A DNA stretch of 64,000 nucleotides. It comes from Cyanophora paradoxa CCMP329 (taxonomy: Eukaryota > Plantae > Glaucophyta). Under the pieces are notes generated by a model. That model worked only from the letters and a program-made list of their open reading frames with translations, did no database searches and was not told the origin of the DNA. Shown piece after piece: positions 23,022 to 33,574 of the stretch (positions within the stretch are counted from its first letter, which is position 1; each line of letters opens with the position of its first letter). The DNA lies in the NCBI GenBank assembly GCA_004431415.1, contig QPMI01000643.1, positions 93,496 to 157,495 of the forward strand. The letters are read 5' to 3'. The position numbers were made by a program, and so were the translations under genes.

Positions 23022-23999
23022 TCAGTTCCGCCTCCGTAGGTTCGGGAGCGACCGGGTCTCGGTCAGAGAGGTAGGATTCGTATGAGTCTGCGTCTGATTC
23101 CGAGTCGTGGTCGGCCACTTCAGCGGGGCGGCAGCCGGGCGCGGGCGGCGCCGAGTTATATATTCTTTCTGGTGGGCTTTGACTTTGACAAGACGTTCTT
23201 CGTATAGCATTCTGTCGGGTGCCACGGCCCTTGCTAGTGCAAGCCGGATGCACTGCACCTCAGCATACGCTTTAAGGTGATGGGAGTACGAGGCTCGAAT
23301 GCAGCTGCGAAGGGTGGCGGTGGCGCGATGCGAGACGTACTTGGAATAGTCCGCCATTGCAGTGAAGCTGTCAGTTTTCACTGTGCAGCCTTCGGGAGAG
23401 AGCAGCAGGGCGGACAGGACGGCGAGGAGCTCGCCTTTGTTATTGTTCACTGTGCCAGGACACGGGGCCACGAAAAAGTCGCTGCCGTCGGTCGGGATGG
23501 CGTCTGCAAGGCCGCGAAGTTTCGCCACCTGGTCAGTATCGACGCCGGTTGTGCCCAGCCGGTCAGCTAGTGCGTGAATTTGTTGACGGAGGGCTATCCC
23601 TCGCTGCGTGCGGGCAGCTTCGTCAGCTAGTGAGGCCGGGTTGCTCTCACGGGGCCAGACGCCAGCGTAGGCCGTGAGTGCAGCTTCTGAGGCGGCGTCC
23701 ATGGTACTGGCATCCGTGGCTGCGAGTCGGCGCTCGCGGTCGAGCGGGAGGGAGGTGCGGCCGAGCTCCGCGGCAATCAGGTTCCAAAATGGGTCAGCAT
23801 ACTCTGACGATGGGATGCAGAAGTCGCTCAACTGTCGGCGTTGGGGGTAGGCCCGAGGCGCTGTCGGCGGGGGGACGGTCCCAGGGTCGCGAGCGGCGAC
23901 TCCATCTGGCCGCTGGGGCGCCGCGTGATCATCTGGATCATAATTCCAGTCCTGTTCCCACGGGGGAGGAAATGAGTGTCGCGGAACTCGGGCCACCAC
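23022..23999 (-). CDS. RNase H domain fragment of the LINE
   Basis: AATDAS...NNNKGELLAVLSAL...TVKTDS...VKVKAH. Confidence 0.75.
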   Translation of the reverse strand: MVARVPRHSFPPPWEQDWNYDPDDHAAPQRPDGVAARDPGTVPPPTAPRAYPQRRQLSDFCIPSSEYADPFWNLIAAELGRTSLPLDRERRLAATDASTMDAASEAALTAYAGVWPRESNPASLADEAARTQRGIALRQQIHALADRLGTTGVDTDQVAKLRGLADAIPTDGSDFFVAPCPGTVNNNKGELLAVLSALLLSPEGCTVKTDSFTAMADYSKYVSHRATATLRSCIRASYSHHLKAYAEVQCIRLALARAVAPDRMLYEERLVKVKAHQKEYITRRRPRPAAAPLKWPTTTRNQTQTHTNPTSLTETRSLPNLRRRN

Positions 24000-24885
24000 G
24001 TTATTTTATCTTCAAGGAAAATGCGAGCATGCTCGGCGACACGGCCTGACCGCGACTCGGGGACCAGGCTCTGAAGTCGGGCGGGGTAGATGTAGGCTGT
24101 GTCTTCGGTCCAGCGGCACCGTTGGGAGGCCGGGTCTGAGTGGTCACATGCGCGGCGGAGAGCCTCTGCTTCCGGCGTTTTCGCTGTGAAGCGGCTGTCG
24201 CATTCTTTGGGATCCATTATGCAGCGGAAGAAGGAGACGGGTTCGCCGGTGGTGTCATATATGTGGTCCTCTCGGTCGTCCTGGCCTTTGTCTCGGCGGA
24301 CCCAGTGTTCGAGCTCAACTAGGACGCGTTCTCTGCCGTCGTCAGCGTCAGTTGTCCGCCGGATATTGCAGATGCGTCCTAGATACGCTTCCGTTGTCCA
24401 AACGAAGCCGCCGACTTTGTACTGGGGCGAGAGCAGGCCGGCTTCAAGAAGGGTACGTTGGGCTGCAGCCGGATTTTGCGCAGGCTGCAGGTGCATGGGG
24501 AAGCGGAGACGACGGGGGATGGCGCGCGGGCCGACGGGCTGACATATTGCTCGGGTGAACGACGGGAACCAGGAGGGAGGTCTATTGAGTCGCTGTTTAA
24601 TTTTCCCGCTGCCCCATAAGCTAATCCAGTCGAGCACACTGACGCCGTCGGGCCCCGTGACGTCAGCAGCTGTGAGGATATCGTGGCGCCAAAGGAATGG
24701 TGCAGCCTCACGCAGGAGGCGCGGGGGGAGCAGTGTTGTGAGCACAAAGCGGCGTTCGAGCTGCGGGTGAGGCAGGGCCGGAACGAGATAGTCCTTGCCT
24801 GAGTCGAGTTTGTAGCCGGCGCGGGTCAGATTTCGCGCTACAGCTAGTGCAAAATTGTCTCTGTAGGCTGCGGGGCCCAGCTGTA

Positions 24886-24980
24886 ACACATATGTATAAA
24901 CTTATTTAAATCCCTCGTTCATCTCGATCGCTTCGCGATCTCGATTCACTCAGGATTTAAATAAGTTTATACATATGTGT
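24886..24980. repeat. Terminal 95-nt hairpin of element A
   Basis: ACACATATGTATAAACTTATTTAAATCC (24886-24913) pairs perfectly with 24953-24980; interior is a symmetrical 18+3+18 nt with TC/TC mismatches around GATCGC-TTC-GCGATC. Confidence 0.95.
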
Positions 24981-25289
24981 CAAAATTAATACTAAAATAC
25001 GTATTTATCGATTAAATTCTTTAACTTTTTTATGCAAACTTTGTATAAATTAATGCAAACTTTGTATTAAAAATGAAAAACGCGTTTAACTTTATGCATA
25101 TTAACGATTGAATCAATTGATCTTATATCGATTGATTATGTTCTTTGTCGATTACATATATAACTGCGATTAATTTGCATTAAACTACTTAAAGAACGAA
25201 ATAATCGCGATTAAATTGCATAAATTCGCATAAACTCGATATATCTCTCTGGTATTGAAGTAGACCACCGCCCATTCTGTATCGAAAAA

Positions 25290-25560
25290 CGCAAAAAGTG
25301 TCACAGAGTTGCATTGTGTCCAATTAAACAATCGATGAGATTGCTGATTTGCATTTGTGCACCCAAAAACTGTCACAGAGTTGCATTATCTCCAATTAAA
25401 CAATCGATTATAATGGGATGGGCACTTTTGCACCCAAAAAGTGTCACATAGTTGCATGGTCTCCAATTAAACAATCGATGGGATTGCGGATTTACATTTT
25501 TGCACCGAAAAAGTGTCACAGAGTTGCATGGTCTCCAATTGAACAATCGATTAGATTGCA
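25290..25560 (+). repeat. Four tandem ~72-bp repeats
   Basis: AAAAAGTGTCACAGAGTTGCAT..TCCAATTAAACAATCGAT recurring at ~25293, 25365, 25436, 25508. Confidence 0.9.
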
Positions 25561-25669
25561 TATGTTCTATAAAACAGAATAAATGAATTCAAGTGTGACA
25601 GGTAGTATTCAAATGATATTCAGTAAGAGATAGTTTTGTTTTTGAGAAAGTCAGTAAGAGGGGTGGAAT

Positions 25670-26140
25670 GTCTGTGACGCCTGTGACGGCTGTGACGCCT
25701 GTTTTCAGAAGTCTGTCATTTTTGAAAATTTTAAAAAGTTTGAAAGTAGGTGTCACAGGCGTCACAGGCGTCACACTCAATTAAATTAGGTGTCACAGCG
25801 AAATTGCAGACCATTTCCAGTAAGACAACTTCGCATTTTCAAAAAGGTTGATTAATGGATAGTGTTTTGTAGGTGTCAGAGGTGTCACAAGACGGATTTC
25901 AGTAAGACAAGAATATATTTTCGAAAATCTCAGTAAGAGAAAGAGATTCCATTGTTAATTGGGTGTGACGCCTGTGACGGCTGTGACGGCTGTTTTCAGA
26001 AGTCTGTAATTTTTGAAAATTTTAAAAAAAAGTTTGAAAGTAGGCGTCACAGGCGTCACAGGCGTCACAGTCAATTAAAGAGGCGTCACAGTCAATTAAA
26101 TAGGTGTCACACCCGATTATCTGACCATTTTCAGTAAGAC
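25670..26140. promoter_or_regulatory. Two iteron-like candidate origin blocks of element A
   Basis: (CTGTGACGC/G)x3 - AT-rich spacer - (GGCGTCACA)x3 at ~25670-25800 and ~25963-26110, flanked by CAGTAAG. Confidence 0.55.
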
Positions 26141-26313
26141 CATCTGAAATTCTGAATTTCTCAGTGTCAACTAACTCGGAAATCGCAATACTCTATGTTT
26201 CTCCGATTTCTCCAACCCTGAAAACACACCTGTTATTCTCTCATCTATCTCATGAGATACTCTCGTTTCGCCAAAAATTGACAAACGATTTCCCATCATG
26301 CTGTAAAGGAAAC

Positions 26314-26580
26314 ATGCCGATTAACCAGCAATATCACAATTTCCATGGGACTTACATCTTGATTGTGAATAGAATGCAAGATCATTATGAGATCTTTCAA
26401 GAGATGGGATTGCGAATTACAAGGAGATCAACTCTTTGTAGATTCTTGAAAAAGAATGGTGCTAAATGGGATAAGACAATTCGCCGATGGTATACAGAGG
26501 ATGCTAAGAGTCCCCTTCTTAATATTTTCGAGACAGATGGGGAGTTTTTCTATCAGGATCGGTTTAATCATTACCAATAG
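26314..26580 (+). CDS. Small viral protein with DUF5710-like motif (element A)
   Basis: LKKNGAKWDKTIRRWY resembles the GARWD..K.WY signature; AAAATTGA at 26274-26281 upstream. Confidence 0.45.
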   Translation: MPINQQYHNFHGTYILIVNRMQDHYEIFQEMGLRITRRSTLCRFLKKNGAKWDKTIRRWYTEDAKSPLLNIFETDGEFFYQDRFNHYQ

Positions 26581-26621
26581 CCAAGAACTCCAACTGGAAT
26601 GAGTTGTCTATTCCATTCATA
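26564..26621 (-). pseudogene. Displaced 3' end of element A penton 2
   Basis: Encodes MNGIDNSFQLEFLAIGND*, matching MNGIDNSFQLEFIE* at the end of 42364-43296. Confidence 0.92.
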
Positions 26622-26904
26622 ACACATAGTAAAATGCGGAGTTTTAACCCTCGGCTTATCTTAATTGATTTTGTTGATATATCTCGTATATTCTATTTCA
26701 ATCAATCGATAATCTGTGTGTATCTTATCGAATATTCAATTATTTCGATTATTTTGTATTCTTTTCGATATTTTATCGTAAATTTCTCTTATTTTCCGAT
26801 TAGTCTTACTGAGTCTATCGATAATCTCTATATATTTCCGAATAATATAACTGAATCTCAATTAGATCTTGCCTCTGGTTAAAACTCCGCATTTTACTAT
26901 GTGT
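26622..26904. repeat. Terminal 283-nt fold-back hairpin of element B (mirror copy 55087-55369)
   Basis: ACACATAGTAAAATGCGGAGTTTTAACC (26622-26649) pairs perfectly with 26877-26904; the 227-nt interior pairs imperfectly throughout. Confidence 0.9.
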
Positions 26905-27156
26905 GATTGGTCTAAAAGTTAATTGATTTAATCGATATTATATTCATGTACTTTCTCGATTAAATTTATTTAAATTTAATTCATTTAATCGGAAACATAT
27001 CGCTTAACTCGATTAAGATCCATAAATGATTCATTTGTTTATATTAACAAATAGATCTCTTATTGAATCCAATCGTAATTATACATGAAACTTATATGTT
27101 ATTATCATGTTTTAATGAGTCTAAGGGGGGACCCTTAGGAATTTAATGAATAATTG

Positions 27157-27452
27157 GGTGTCACAGGTGTCACAGGTCCATCCCAAACTTTTGAAAATTC
27201 ACTCTTTATAGGAGAAACTTTGGGATAAACCTGTGACACCTGTGACACATACCATATTCAGTAAGGACCTCTTTTATAATGAAAAACTCAGTCATAATCT
27301 TATCTATGTATTTCTAATTAAATGAATAAATGATTTAATCGAGTGTCACAGGTGTCACAGGTCCATCCCAAACTTTTGGAAATTTACTCTTTATAGGAGA
27401 AACTTTGGGATAAACCTGTGACACCTGTGACACATACCATATTCAGTAAGGA
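27157..27452. promoter_or_regulatory. Two iteron-like candidate origin blocks in the TIR (mirror 54539-54834)
   Basis: GTGTCACAGGTGTCACAGGT-CCATCCCAAA...TTTGGGATAA-ACCTGTGACACCTGTGACAC then CAGTAAGG, at ~27158-27266 and ~27343-27452. Confidence 0.6.
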
Positions 27453-27974
27453 CCTCATATATTGTTAAAATCTCAGTGTTAGTTGGTGTAGTTGATTCAA
27501 AAAATGCATTTATACTCTGATTCATTGTTATTTCCTGTGAAATTTGAGTCAACTCAACCCACTTAGTCAACCCTTGCATTGAATTCGTAACAAAATCCAT
27601 ATACTATTACTACTTTTACGATTAATATGAGTCAACCTTGAGTCCACTTAAATATAAATATAATATAATAGGGGGAATCTAGGGGAGATGCTTAGAAACA
27701 TATGAATTATTGAGCCTATGAGACTTACATCGTCACGCTAGCCTCGTTGAGAGGATTCCGAATCTGTTTTTATCTTTGTGAGATGATGAGTTGGTGAAGA
27801 GATACATGCTTTTTAGTGTTTTGTATGGGAGTTTTCGATATGACGTCATCATGACGTTGCATATGTATATGATATATATGACACACGGGCGGACTCGGGA
27901 GATTATGACGATCACGGCGATGTGTTAATTGTCATATTGTTTATGTATATATATTTGGCGCAATCTGATTGGTG

Positions 27975-28610
27975 TGCTTGAAACCACATAATTCGTGCTT
28001 TAAACCACATAATTCGTGCTTTAAACCACATAATTCGTGCTTGAAATCACTTATTAAAAACTAATTCGTGCTTGAAATCACTAATTAAAAGATAATTCGT
28101 GCTTGAAATCACTTATTAAAAGATAATTCGTGCTTGAAATACTAATTGAAAGATAATTCGTGCTTGAAATCACTAATTAAAAGATAATTCGTGCTTGAAA
28201 TCACTTATTGAAAGATAATTCGTGCTTGAAATCACTAATTAAGAGATAATTCGTGCTTGAAATCACTAATTGAAAGATAATTCGTGCTTGAAATCACTTA
28301 TTAAGAGATAATTCGTGCTTGAAACCACTGATTAAAAGATAATTCGTGCCTAAAACCACTTATTAAAAGATAATTCGTGCTTGAAATCACTTATTGAAAG
28401 ATAATTCGTGCTTGAAATCACTAATTGATAGATAATTCGTGCTTGAAACCACTGATTAAAAGATAATTCGTGCCTGAAACCACTAATTAAAAAATAATTC
28501 GTGCTAAATGAAATCGATTACATGATATCGATTACATGAAATCGATTACGTACATGAAATCGATTGCATGAAATCGATTACATGAAATCGATTACATGAA
28601 ATCGATTTCC
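27975..28610 (+). repeat. Compound minisatellite: 21-bp x3, 31-bp x~15, 14-bp x~7
   Basis: Core TAATTCGTGCTTGAAATCAC about 18 times, then CATGAAATCGATTA repeats at 28508-28610. Confidence 0.92.
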
Positions 28611-28831
28611 ATAAAGAATAAAACATTTCGCCGAAGTTTCGCCGAAGTTTCGGTGTTTCGTTTCTCCGCATCTTCAAACGCTTGTATCTCATCACCAGAT
28701 AGTCAACTTGCAGCGTTCTGCATAGCGTTGTGAAGCGCTTGAGAAGATCTACACGTTGATGTGTATATCATATGCATATATGTATATCACACATACATAT
28801 ATTTGGAAAAAACGAGTTTTCGGCTATGAAA

Positions 28832-30217
28832 CTAGCTAGTTTTGGTCCTTTCTCTTAGTGTTCTTTGAGGTTTAGGGGCTGTATATGACTCCTTAGTAGT
28901 CTGAAAGTCATTATACCATCTCTGGCTATTCACTTCTGAAAGTTTCTGTGTCCCTGCTATAGTGAGCTTTTTGAGTTCCCTGCTAACTTTTCCAGCCTTC
29001 TCCTTCCTAGCCTCTATCAAAGGCTTATCTGGGACTTCATTAGCAGCTTCTATGCCTTCTCTCCTTATAGCAGCATCAACCCTAGCTTCCTCTTTAGCTT
29101 GCTCCAAGGCATCCACTGTAGGTGTTTCCAGATACTCAACTGCATTCACAGGCAACAGCTCATGGAATGCAAACCTGTTATCTATGATCTCTCCAGTGGG
29201 ACTCCTTAGCTTAAACTTAAAGCCTTCCCTACTATCAACTGTGTAAACCATCCTAGACCAATTGTTACCCTGTTTAGCAAAGGGGTTTTTCTCAACTTTC
29301 ACTCTAACAAACATGCCAGGCTGCATGGTATCAAGGTAAGCTATTGATTTCTTGAATCTTTCATCTTCTAATCCCACTATATACCTATAATGCTCCTCTG
29401 TAGTTTCGCCTGGCTTCATCTTAGTAGCTGAGTGAACTGTATTATTGTAATTATACTCAATATCACCTAACACATCAAAGAATCTAGCTGTGTTATTAGC
29501 TATGCAGTAGTTTGTGATCAGTCTCTTAATCTGCTTGTTAAAGGCTTCAATTCGACCTTGGCTTCTATGGTCAGCAGTTCCACTCACTTGGTGTTCTATG
29601 AATTTACTAGATAAATACTCCTGGAATATTCGATTTTGGAATTCACTCCCAGCATCTGATTGAACTTTTACTATGGGTCTTGCCACTCTCATTTCAAGCT
29701 GTTTAAATGCAGCTAATGTAGTGAGAGCTGATTTATCCCTTATAGGTATAATATACCCAGTTCTCAGTGTGGATTCCATTGCAGTCATAAAGGTATCATA
29801 GCCATTGTTTTGTTTCTTATAAGCTGGGAAAAAGAGCAAATCAATCACATAGGTATCAAGGGGCTGCCTAATTGGAACCATGGGATCTCTCTTCCTAGAT
29901 ATAGCTGGTGCATTGATCTGAACTACCTCTTGTTTTTTATAGAACTCTTGCAATTGCTTATAGGATTCATCAGGTAACTCAGCCCTCATAGCTTGAAGCC
30001 CTTTGTAACCAGTTCTCACATCATAGAATCTCTTTGCAATCTTGCTGGTTTCTTTCACTGCAATAGCAACTGGGATCTCTACTGGGACAAGCTCTTTCAT
30101 CTCTGATTTTTTGACAATTCGAGATTCCCCCTTTTCCTCCTTTGGAATTGTGATAGGCAGTAGGTTACCTTGCAGTTGCTCAGTGGTTCTCCTAACTATT
30201 CTTCCAGTTGCTGGCAT
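28832..30217 (-). CDS. Polinton-type retroviral-like (rve) DDE integrase
   Basis: YVIDLLFF, VQSDAGSEF, QGRIEAFNKQIK, YNNTVHSATKMKP; uninterrupted 461-aa ORF. Confidence 0.93.
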   Translation of the reverse strand: MPATGRIVRRTTEQLQGNLLPITIPKEEKGESRIVKKSEMKELVPVEIPVAIAVKETSKIAKRFYDVRTGYKGLQAMRAELPDESYKQLQEFYKKQEVVQINAPAISRKRDPMVPIRQPLDTYVIDLLFFPAYKKQNNGYDTFMTAMESTLRTGYIIPIRDKSALTTLAAFKQLEMRVARPIVKVQSDAGSEFQNRIFQEYLSSKFIEHQVSGTADHRSQGRIEAFNKQIKRLITNYCIANNTARFFDVLGDIEYNYNNTVHSATKMKPGETTEEHYRYIVGLEDERFKKSIAYLDTMQPGMFVRVKVEKNPFAKQGNNWSRMVYTVDSREGFKFKLRSPTGEIIDNRFAFHELLPVNAVEYLETPTVDALEQAKEEARVDAAIRREGIEAANEVPDKPLIEARKEKAGKVSRELKKLTIAGTQKLSEVNSQRWYNDFQTTKESYTAPKPQRTLRERTKTS

Positions 30218-30220
30218 CTC

Positions 30221-33200
30221 TTAATTAAAAGGAACAGAATTAATACCATCTGGTAAGATGTATCTCTTTGCATCAAAGCAGTTTAGGGCAACCCTTCTAC
30301 TCACAGTGTCTATTATTGTGTGATCTGCCCTTCTTTTCTGCTTTGCAGTCACAGTCTTGCTGATACCTGCAAATAAACACTGCTTAAAATCATTAAATTG
30401 GAGTTCCTCAGTTGAAGTCCCAGAGAGCTTACTCCTCTCAATCTCAGCAGTTCTGAAACTGTAAACTTTGGCTCTCAGACCCACATACTCCAATATAGCA
30501 GAACCTGGCATTTCATTTTTGTATTTACCTGGGGTCATTCTTGAATCACCTCCAAGGTCCAAAGAATAAGCAATATTCTCTATATCTTTTGCAATGGTCT
30601 TAGATTCAATATATAGACAGAAGGAGTCAGTATCATGGAATAGTAACTTTGCTTTTGTCCATTGGGACCTTACAGTATCATAGAAGAACTGGTAATTATG
30701 CAGTTTGGCTGCATCCAAAACATAAGCCCCAATTGCAACAGGCTTATCTAGTTTCACATGCTTTGTGTAAAACTCAAAGGCAACTGCTTTTTCGTTTATG
30801 GGGCTTGTTGATTTCACCAATGGGGAGGCTGCATATTTCATAAATAGTTTCTCACTGTTTGCAATCTTAACCACAGATCTACCTCTGCAAGATTCAATGC
30901 ATTTCCCATAGATTGAATTATTCATGAGCTTGTAGAAATCAGCCTCGAATTTATTCACTGCTTTCCTTCTCATGTCAGTATTCAGCTCAATATAGGGTTT
31001 CATTACAGGAGCCACAGTAAATGATAGGACCCTGTGAACTTTCTTTAATTTCACCCCTTTGTCCAACAGATATTGCAGAAGAGGCTCAGAAATCACATAG
31101 TTTGTCACAGAACCAAAGGTTGCAGTTAGCTTAGGGGTCTTATCAAGCTCTTCTCCTGAAAGATCTAATAGGCTCTTTTGATATTGTGATAATTCGGCAT
31201 AATCTATTATTTTCTTGTTAATAATTAGGGGAAATCACTGTGATCTAGAAACAGCCTAATTGGGTAATCCAGATCAACTTCTAGGAAACTGGATCTGTTA
31301 TCTTGTGGGTTGAATTCGGTCTCCCATCTAAAATCACCAACTGGAATTGGCTGACTCAAACAGTAGCCATACAAGTTGTTAGCATCAAACAGCATAATGT
31401 GGGAGTTTTCACCATCAGCCTCAGCATACCTACAAGGCATTGTTGCAAAGCCACCCCTGATTCCCCTCTCAACAAATTCGTATTGCTCTACATCACTTAT
31501 AAGCTCTATTTTTGCCTTGGTGGTCCTTAACATAGCATCCCAAGATAACCCAGGGGCAGATACATAATGAACTGGGTCAAGTCCATATACTGAGTGTGAA
31601 AGCCTTCTAAAAGCCTGGAATTTGTTCATTAACTCATCTACATCAGCAGCTCCAAAATCCATGAAATTGCTTGCATCAATGAACTTGTAAAGACCCCATT
31701 GCAATGACAGGTATTGATCAAAGTTTTTCGAAAGGATTTCGATTCGCTTTTTATCACCCATGCCTGCTATTTTTCTGAAAATGAATGTCCCACAGTCATC
31801 CATTTGGTCAACAACCACTGCTACTTTTGTTTGCTTTGAGATTCTCCTATGGAGATTGCAGTTTCTGCATGCAGGTGCAATGTAATTACCTGTGTGGTGA
31901 TCATGATCCCTGCATTTGAAGTTCTCCTTAGTGAACCTCTCACTGCAAAGGTAACATTGTTTGGTAGCTCTGTAAATTGCTTTCTGCTCATCTGTGAGTT
32001 CATTCATAGGAATATTGGTGAACAGGAAATCGATCAGCTCTCTTGCTTTGATTTCCAAGCATTCAAACAGACCTCCCATTGGATCCTGACCCTCAAATCG
32101 AAAATCTTGAACATCTTCCCCAGTGACTACTCTAAGGTTCACTGCTGAGACTTCCCGCTTGGATTTCGATGCATCAATGGGGATGCTTCTATGTTCAATC
32201 TTGCAGTAAACCACAACAGGAAGCCACACAGTTTTCCTGAGGTTTTTCAGTCCAAACTCTATGGTGGTCTCAGGTTTAGGGGTGATTCCCTTTGAGAGTC
32301 TCCAATCAATGCATCTGTTTGAGTCCACATGAGCAGTGAGTTTAGCCTCAGACCTGAATCGAGATAAGCATGTATCACAGTAGTGTAACTTTTGATCCTT
32401 GGTTTTATCAAGGGCAACTCTGAGAAGTCTTGAAAGGGACATGATTGTAATATAGTGACCATTCCCTTCATCATCATGAATGAGCATGAGATTAATCTTT
32501 TGCTTTCTGCCTGGGTTGCTGGATTGATGCAGTGGATATATAACATCTCCATCCATTCCAAAGATGTTTATGCTAATGCCTGCATTTTGAGCTTCGAATT
32601 TATCAATGATTTCAGCATCACAAGGAACAGGGAATGGGATATTGTCGAAATTGAGAGCCAAAGGATTGTATGTGGTTGGTGAGTATTTCCATTTGCGATA
32701 TTGTGTAAGCTCACTTCTCTTGTGGGAATTTACATCTTTCCTATGGATCCATGCCAAAATGGCATTTTCAAAGCAAGAATCATCAATATTTCGAATATTC
32801 ACTGTGGCTCTCTTGGCTGCAATTGATTCTGGTGTTTTAACATAGCAGCCACCAGTTGGGGCATAACTCATAATAGCAACTCTTAGCATTTCGATTCTCT
32901 CCAATCGATAGCTATCAACAACATTCATCTGTTCCTGACACATTTGGGCTGCTTTATTCAGCTCAGTTCGAATATTTCTCGATTTGGTTAATACAAAATA
33001 ATCGCTGTAAATGTATTTCGATATCCAAACCTGTGGATTGCTGACTTTTACGAACTTGCAGATAAACGACAAGCGAACTTTGATTGCCCTGAATTGATCC
33101 AGACTATCTCTTAAACGTTTTGGTAGAGAGGTTGCAATTCTATCTAAATATTCAATCACATCTACCACAACTTCCCTTCTGGCTCTGTATGTGAGCCAGC

Positions 33201-33465
33201 GATATAATTCATTCATGGCTGTTCCATCTTCTGCCTCTGGTTCTATTTGCCTCAGGCGATCGAGTTCATCAAGAGTCTCAACTTTGTCATAGAGGTTATT
33301 GGCTTTTCTGGTTAATTTTGCTAAAGTGGGTCTGCCCCTTGAAATAAATCCGATTTCCCGGTCATATTCAGCCTCTGTGATTTCATGGGCTGCATACAGT
33401 GTTCCCAGTAATCCCATAAGTTCCCATTTCTTCTCTCTAATGAGTCTGTTGCTAATTCGGGGCAT
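30221..33465 (-). CDS. Protein-primed family B DNA polymerase (one frameshift at 31228-31231)
   Basis: OTU-like region (NIDDSCF...GHY), C2H2 finger, endonuclease VII-like insert (CYLC...RDHDH..G.Y...AC..CN), motifs DANNLYG, KLMNNSIYGK, DTDS, GLRAKVY. Confidence 0.92.
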
Positions 33466-33574
33466 AGTTCCTAACTTGTTCCTACTAAAAGGGGAGGTTT
33501 TAAATGGGGAATTCTGAACACAAAATTTGATGAAAACTACTTAAAGAAATATCTTCTATATATATAAAAGGACA

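Larger units (their letters stand above)
18652..24885 (-). mobile_element. 3' part of a non-LTR retrotransposon (LINE) with RNase H, Zn-knuckle and C-terminal Ulp1 protease; frameshifted; cut by element A
   Basis: Post-RT region (LWRHDILTAADVTGPDG..LDW...PSWF), RNase H (TDAS, NNNKGELLAV, KTDS, VKVKAH), ETHDHAF-C and IWKARN motifs typical of LINE ORF2 C-termini; AATAAA on minus strand at 18666-18671. RT is not in the window and the 3' end is approximate. Confidence 0.7.
24886..26621. mobile_element. Endogenous Polinton-like virus A, left terminal segment
   Basis: Abrupt GC-to-AT switch at 24886, terminal hairpin starting ACACATA, TGTCACAG repeats shared with B, and 26564-26621 encoding the missing C-terminus of the penton at 55370-56249. 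Confidence 0.85.
26622..27686 (+). repeat. Left terminal inverted repeat of element B
   Basis: Reverse complement of 54305-55369 (paired coordinates sum to 81991; identical mirror ORFs in the track). Confidence 0.95.

Noticed and set aside
26622-26904. Terminal hairpin as an independent MITE
   Set aside because: It has no TSD of its own, lies at both ends inside the element TSD, and A has an analogous structure with a different sequence.
26604-27600. Short ORFs inside the TIRs (and mirrors 54391-55357)
   Set aside because: They overlap the hairpin and iterons and have no recognisable motifs; duplication is explained by the TIR.
27975-28506. Possible CRISPR array
   Set aside because: The units are contiguous near-identical 31-mers with no unique spacers and no cas genes; this is a minisatellite.
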